Part shown: positions 61,954 through 64,000 of the stretch, one piece after another
Layout of the letters: every line of letters starts with the position of its first letter
Numbering within the stretch: the stretch's first letter is position 1
Origin: Bilabrum cf. latius
Lineage: Eukaryota
Length of the DNA stretch: 64,000 nt
Assembly (NCBI GenBank): GCA_965178125.1
Contig: OZ237766.1
Coordinates: 372,001 to 436,000, forward strand
Direction: 5' to 3'
Notes under the pieces: generated by a model
The model's database searches: none
Told to the model about the DNA's origin: nothing
The model's input: only the letters and a program-made list of their open reading frames with translations
Program-made: the position numbers and the translations under genes

Positions 61954-64000
61954 ATGGATCTAGGACTTCCTCTGAGCCAGTCTATGCGCCAAGTAGTTGC
62001 AGCGATTGTGCAGCTTGCCATGACCGGCAAGGTAGACCATGCGATTGAGAAGGTTGACAGTTGCCTCGATCAAATCGTGGGTGATGACATGCACGCAAAG
62101 ATGCAGAAGATACAGTTCCTTTTCATGAAGAGTGCATTCATGCAGGCCAAACCAGATCGGCAAAGCGAAGTGCACGAGACGATGGCTGCTGCCAAACACA
62201 TAGCACAAGAACTCGAAGACGACCCAGACAATGAGGTGAAAGGCATCACAAATATGATTGATGTCGTATCTGGGGCGTACAACCAACTAAGAGCCGGCGC
62301 AGCACCCGACCCGTCCTCGCTGATGGACTCAGTGTTCAGTTCAGTTGAAGTTGTTGACCGCAAAACGGCCCTCGAGTTAGCCGAGGCGGCTATACAGCTA
62401 TGCCAACTACTATTTAGGACAGGATAGGCGTCCGTCGCGGTGGAGTAGTGCATCAAAGCCCGAGAGCGGCTGGACGAGCATCCACCTTGCGATGGCTACA
62501 GCTCCAGCCGTGACCTCGTCGGTATCCGCCTCATGGCGTTGACCGCCGACGGGTACTTGCACATGGGGCAAGAAGAACAGTCTGGCGCGGTGCGAGAGCA
62601 AATGATCGCCGCCCTCCGGTCCATCTGCGAGGAGCATGACGAGGATGATCACGATGACGAAGACGATGGCGATGACGATGGCGATGACGGCGAAGCGCCC
62701 AAGTCCCGCCTATTCGGGGGAACGAGGGCTCAGTTCATCGAGACCTACGGTCTGTAGATGCGGACCGAGGGCGGCCGGCTCATCACATCCGGTAAGCATG
62801 CAGAGGCCGTTGCCCCGATGATGGAAGCCGCCGCTGCATTCAGGCGGATACCGGAGATGCCGCGGACTCTGGAGCTGGCGGCATGCGCGCTGTTTGACGC
62901 CGGTGTTTGCCTGGACAAAGCCGGAAAACCGGAAGAATCCATGCTCACCCTTCGGGATTGCGGTGAAGTCATCGATGAGGCCGGTAATGACGAGCCATGG
63001 TGCCTCGATTGCCAGAAGACGAGACTGGTATACCTCTCCACCATACTCCGCAGGCTTGCACGCCACGATGATGCTCTACTTGCGGCGCGGCAGTGCGTCA
63101 AATTGCACCAAGGAGCGGTGGAACGGTCGGACAACCCTGCAGCCAAGATCAAGCTTTAGAAAGACATCATCAAGTACACCAGACAGATTGGGGAGCTGCT
63201 CTCCAGCCAGGGCAAGCACGTCATGGCCGCACTTGAGCACAAGAAAGCCAGGGAACTGGCCGCGGATCTGCACGGCGATGGATCTGAGCTAGTGGTGCAG
63301 CACATCCTTGACATGGCACTGTGTCGGTTCGACGCAGGACTGCGAGGGCCGGCTATCCAGGCCCTCGAAGAGGCCATGTCGGTCTTTATCAAACGAGGTA
63401 TGATCCACTGCAATGGAATGGCTGTGTGCCTATACCAGAAAGCCCGCATGACGAAGGCAGGCCCTGGTGGCGCAAAAGAGGCCTTGCCTATCGCTGAGCA
63501 AGCCTTATCAACTGCACGCACCGCAATGGGTGTGCCAGGGTAGCCGGTTTCTCAGCTCAAACGGCTCATCGACGAGATTGAGAAGCAAATCAAAGAGTGT
63601 GGAGGGCTTGAAGCTGCTGCACCCGGCGCTGGTGCTGGTGCTGGTGCTGGTGCTGGTGCTGGTGCTGGTGCTGGTGCTGGTGCTGGTGCTGGTGCTGGTG
63701 CTGGTGCTGGTGCTGGTGCTGGTGCTGGTGCTGGTGCTGGTGCTGGTGCTGGTGCTGGTGCTGGTTGCGGCGTGCGATACCGGGGTGCATCGGCCGCAGC
63801 TGTTCCTGTTCACCTGCTTGGCAGGACGTTGGAAGCGGAGGCACGACCGGCGGACTTTGCAGAGGCGTGGTGGACCTATTCCTTTGCACTGTTTCAAAGT
63901 GGAGACAAGCCCGCTGCAAAAGCTTCCCTCCGCAAGACACTCGACATGTGCGACCAAATCGCGCAGATTCACGAGAAGAAGAACCATGAAGAACACGCTG
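61954..64000 (+). CDS. TPR-like protein, paralogue 2, with Gly-Ala linker; runs off the right edge
   Basis: One frame through TAGs at 62425, 62446, 62755, 63157 and 63541. Shares PP..GYSSS.D.VG.RLM, HI..L.L.MA.CR..AGL...A..A.EE and I.KQI.EC with paralogue 1. Confidence 0.85.
63628..63765 (+). repeat. (GCTGGT)n microsatellite, 23 units, encoding Ala-Gly
   Basis: Read directly from the sequence. Confidence 0.95.

Noticed and set aside
1-64000. The genes are pseudogenes, or the stops are sequencing errors
   Set aside because: Interruptions in the intact genes are exclusively TAG with no frameshifts, catalytic motifs are preserved, and TAG positions are shared between paralogues. Truly decayed regions in the same window show TGA and frameshifts instead.
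1-64000. Pyrrolysine or programmed readthrough at TAG
   Set aside because: The context is eukaryotic, there are up to 17 TAGs per gene including TAG-TAG pairs (44614, 33180), and there is no shared downstream context. General reassignment is simpler.
1-64000. Ciliate-type code with TAA and TAG both Gln
   Set aside because: No internal TAA was seen in any intact gene, and TAA ends trehalase, WDR31, TBP and others at plausible C-termini.
1-64000. tRNA (including a CUA suppressor) or rRNA genes
   Set aside because: None recognised by eye; tRNAscan-SE would be needed to exclude them.

Overview
This is gene-dense, GC-rich, intron-poor eukaryotic nuclear DNA. It is probably from a protist; the style of the proteins suggests a Cafeteria-like stramenopile, but that is only a guess. 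The supplied ORF track is fragmented because this genome does not use the standard code. About 100 in-frame TAG codons (manual count) sit inside otherwise intact genes, while every gene end I could trace is TAA or TGA. Several aligned positions indicate TAG = Gln, i.e. a UAG-only reassignment. Read that way, the window resolves into about 19 long genes: an ARM-repeat protein, a SAM methyltransferase, a PhyH dioxygenase, two LRR proteins, DUS, WDR31, a CDK11-like kinase, TBP, a Crinkler-like NTPase+nuclease, a trehalase, an aspartic protease, an ankyrin protein, a heparinase II/III-like protein, a TALE homeobox protein, two inverted TPR paralogues and two unknown ORFs. Four GT-AG introns near gene 5' ends are well supported and a fifth is tentative. 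A second, independent signal is the 10-mer GTGTGACGAG: at least 20 exact copies lie inside coding sequence, on both strands and in five reading frames. Repeat-rich or decayed regions lie at about 2.3-5.3, 30-35 and 57.5-61.9 kb.
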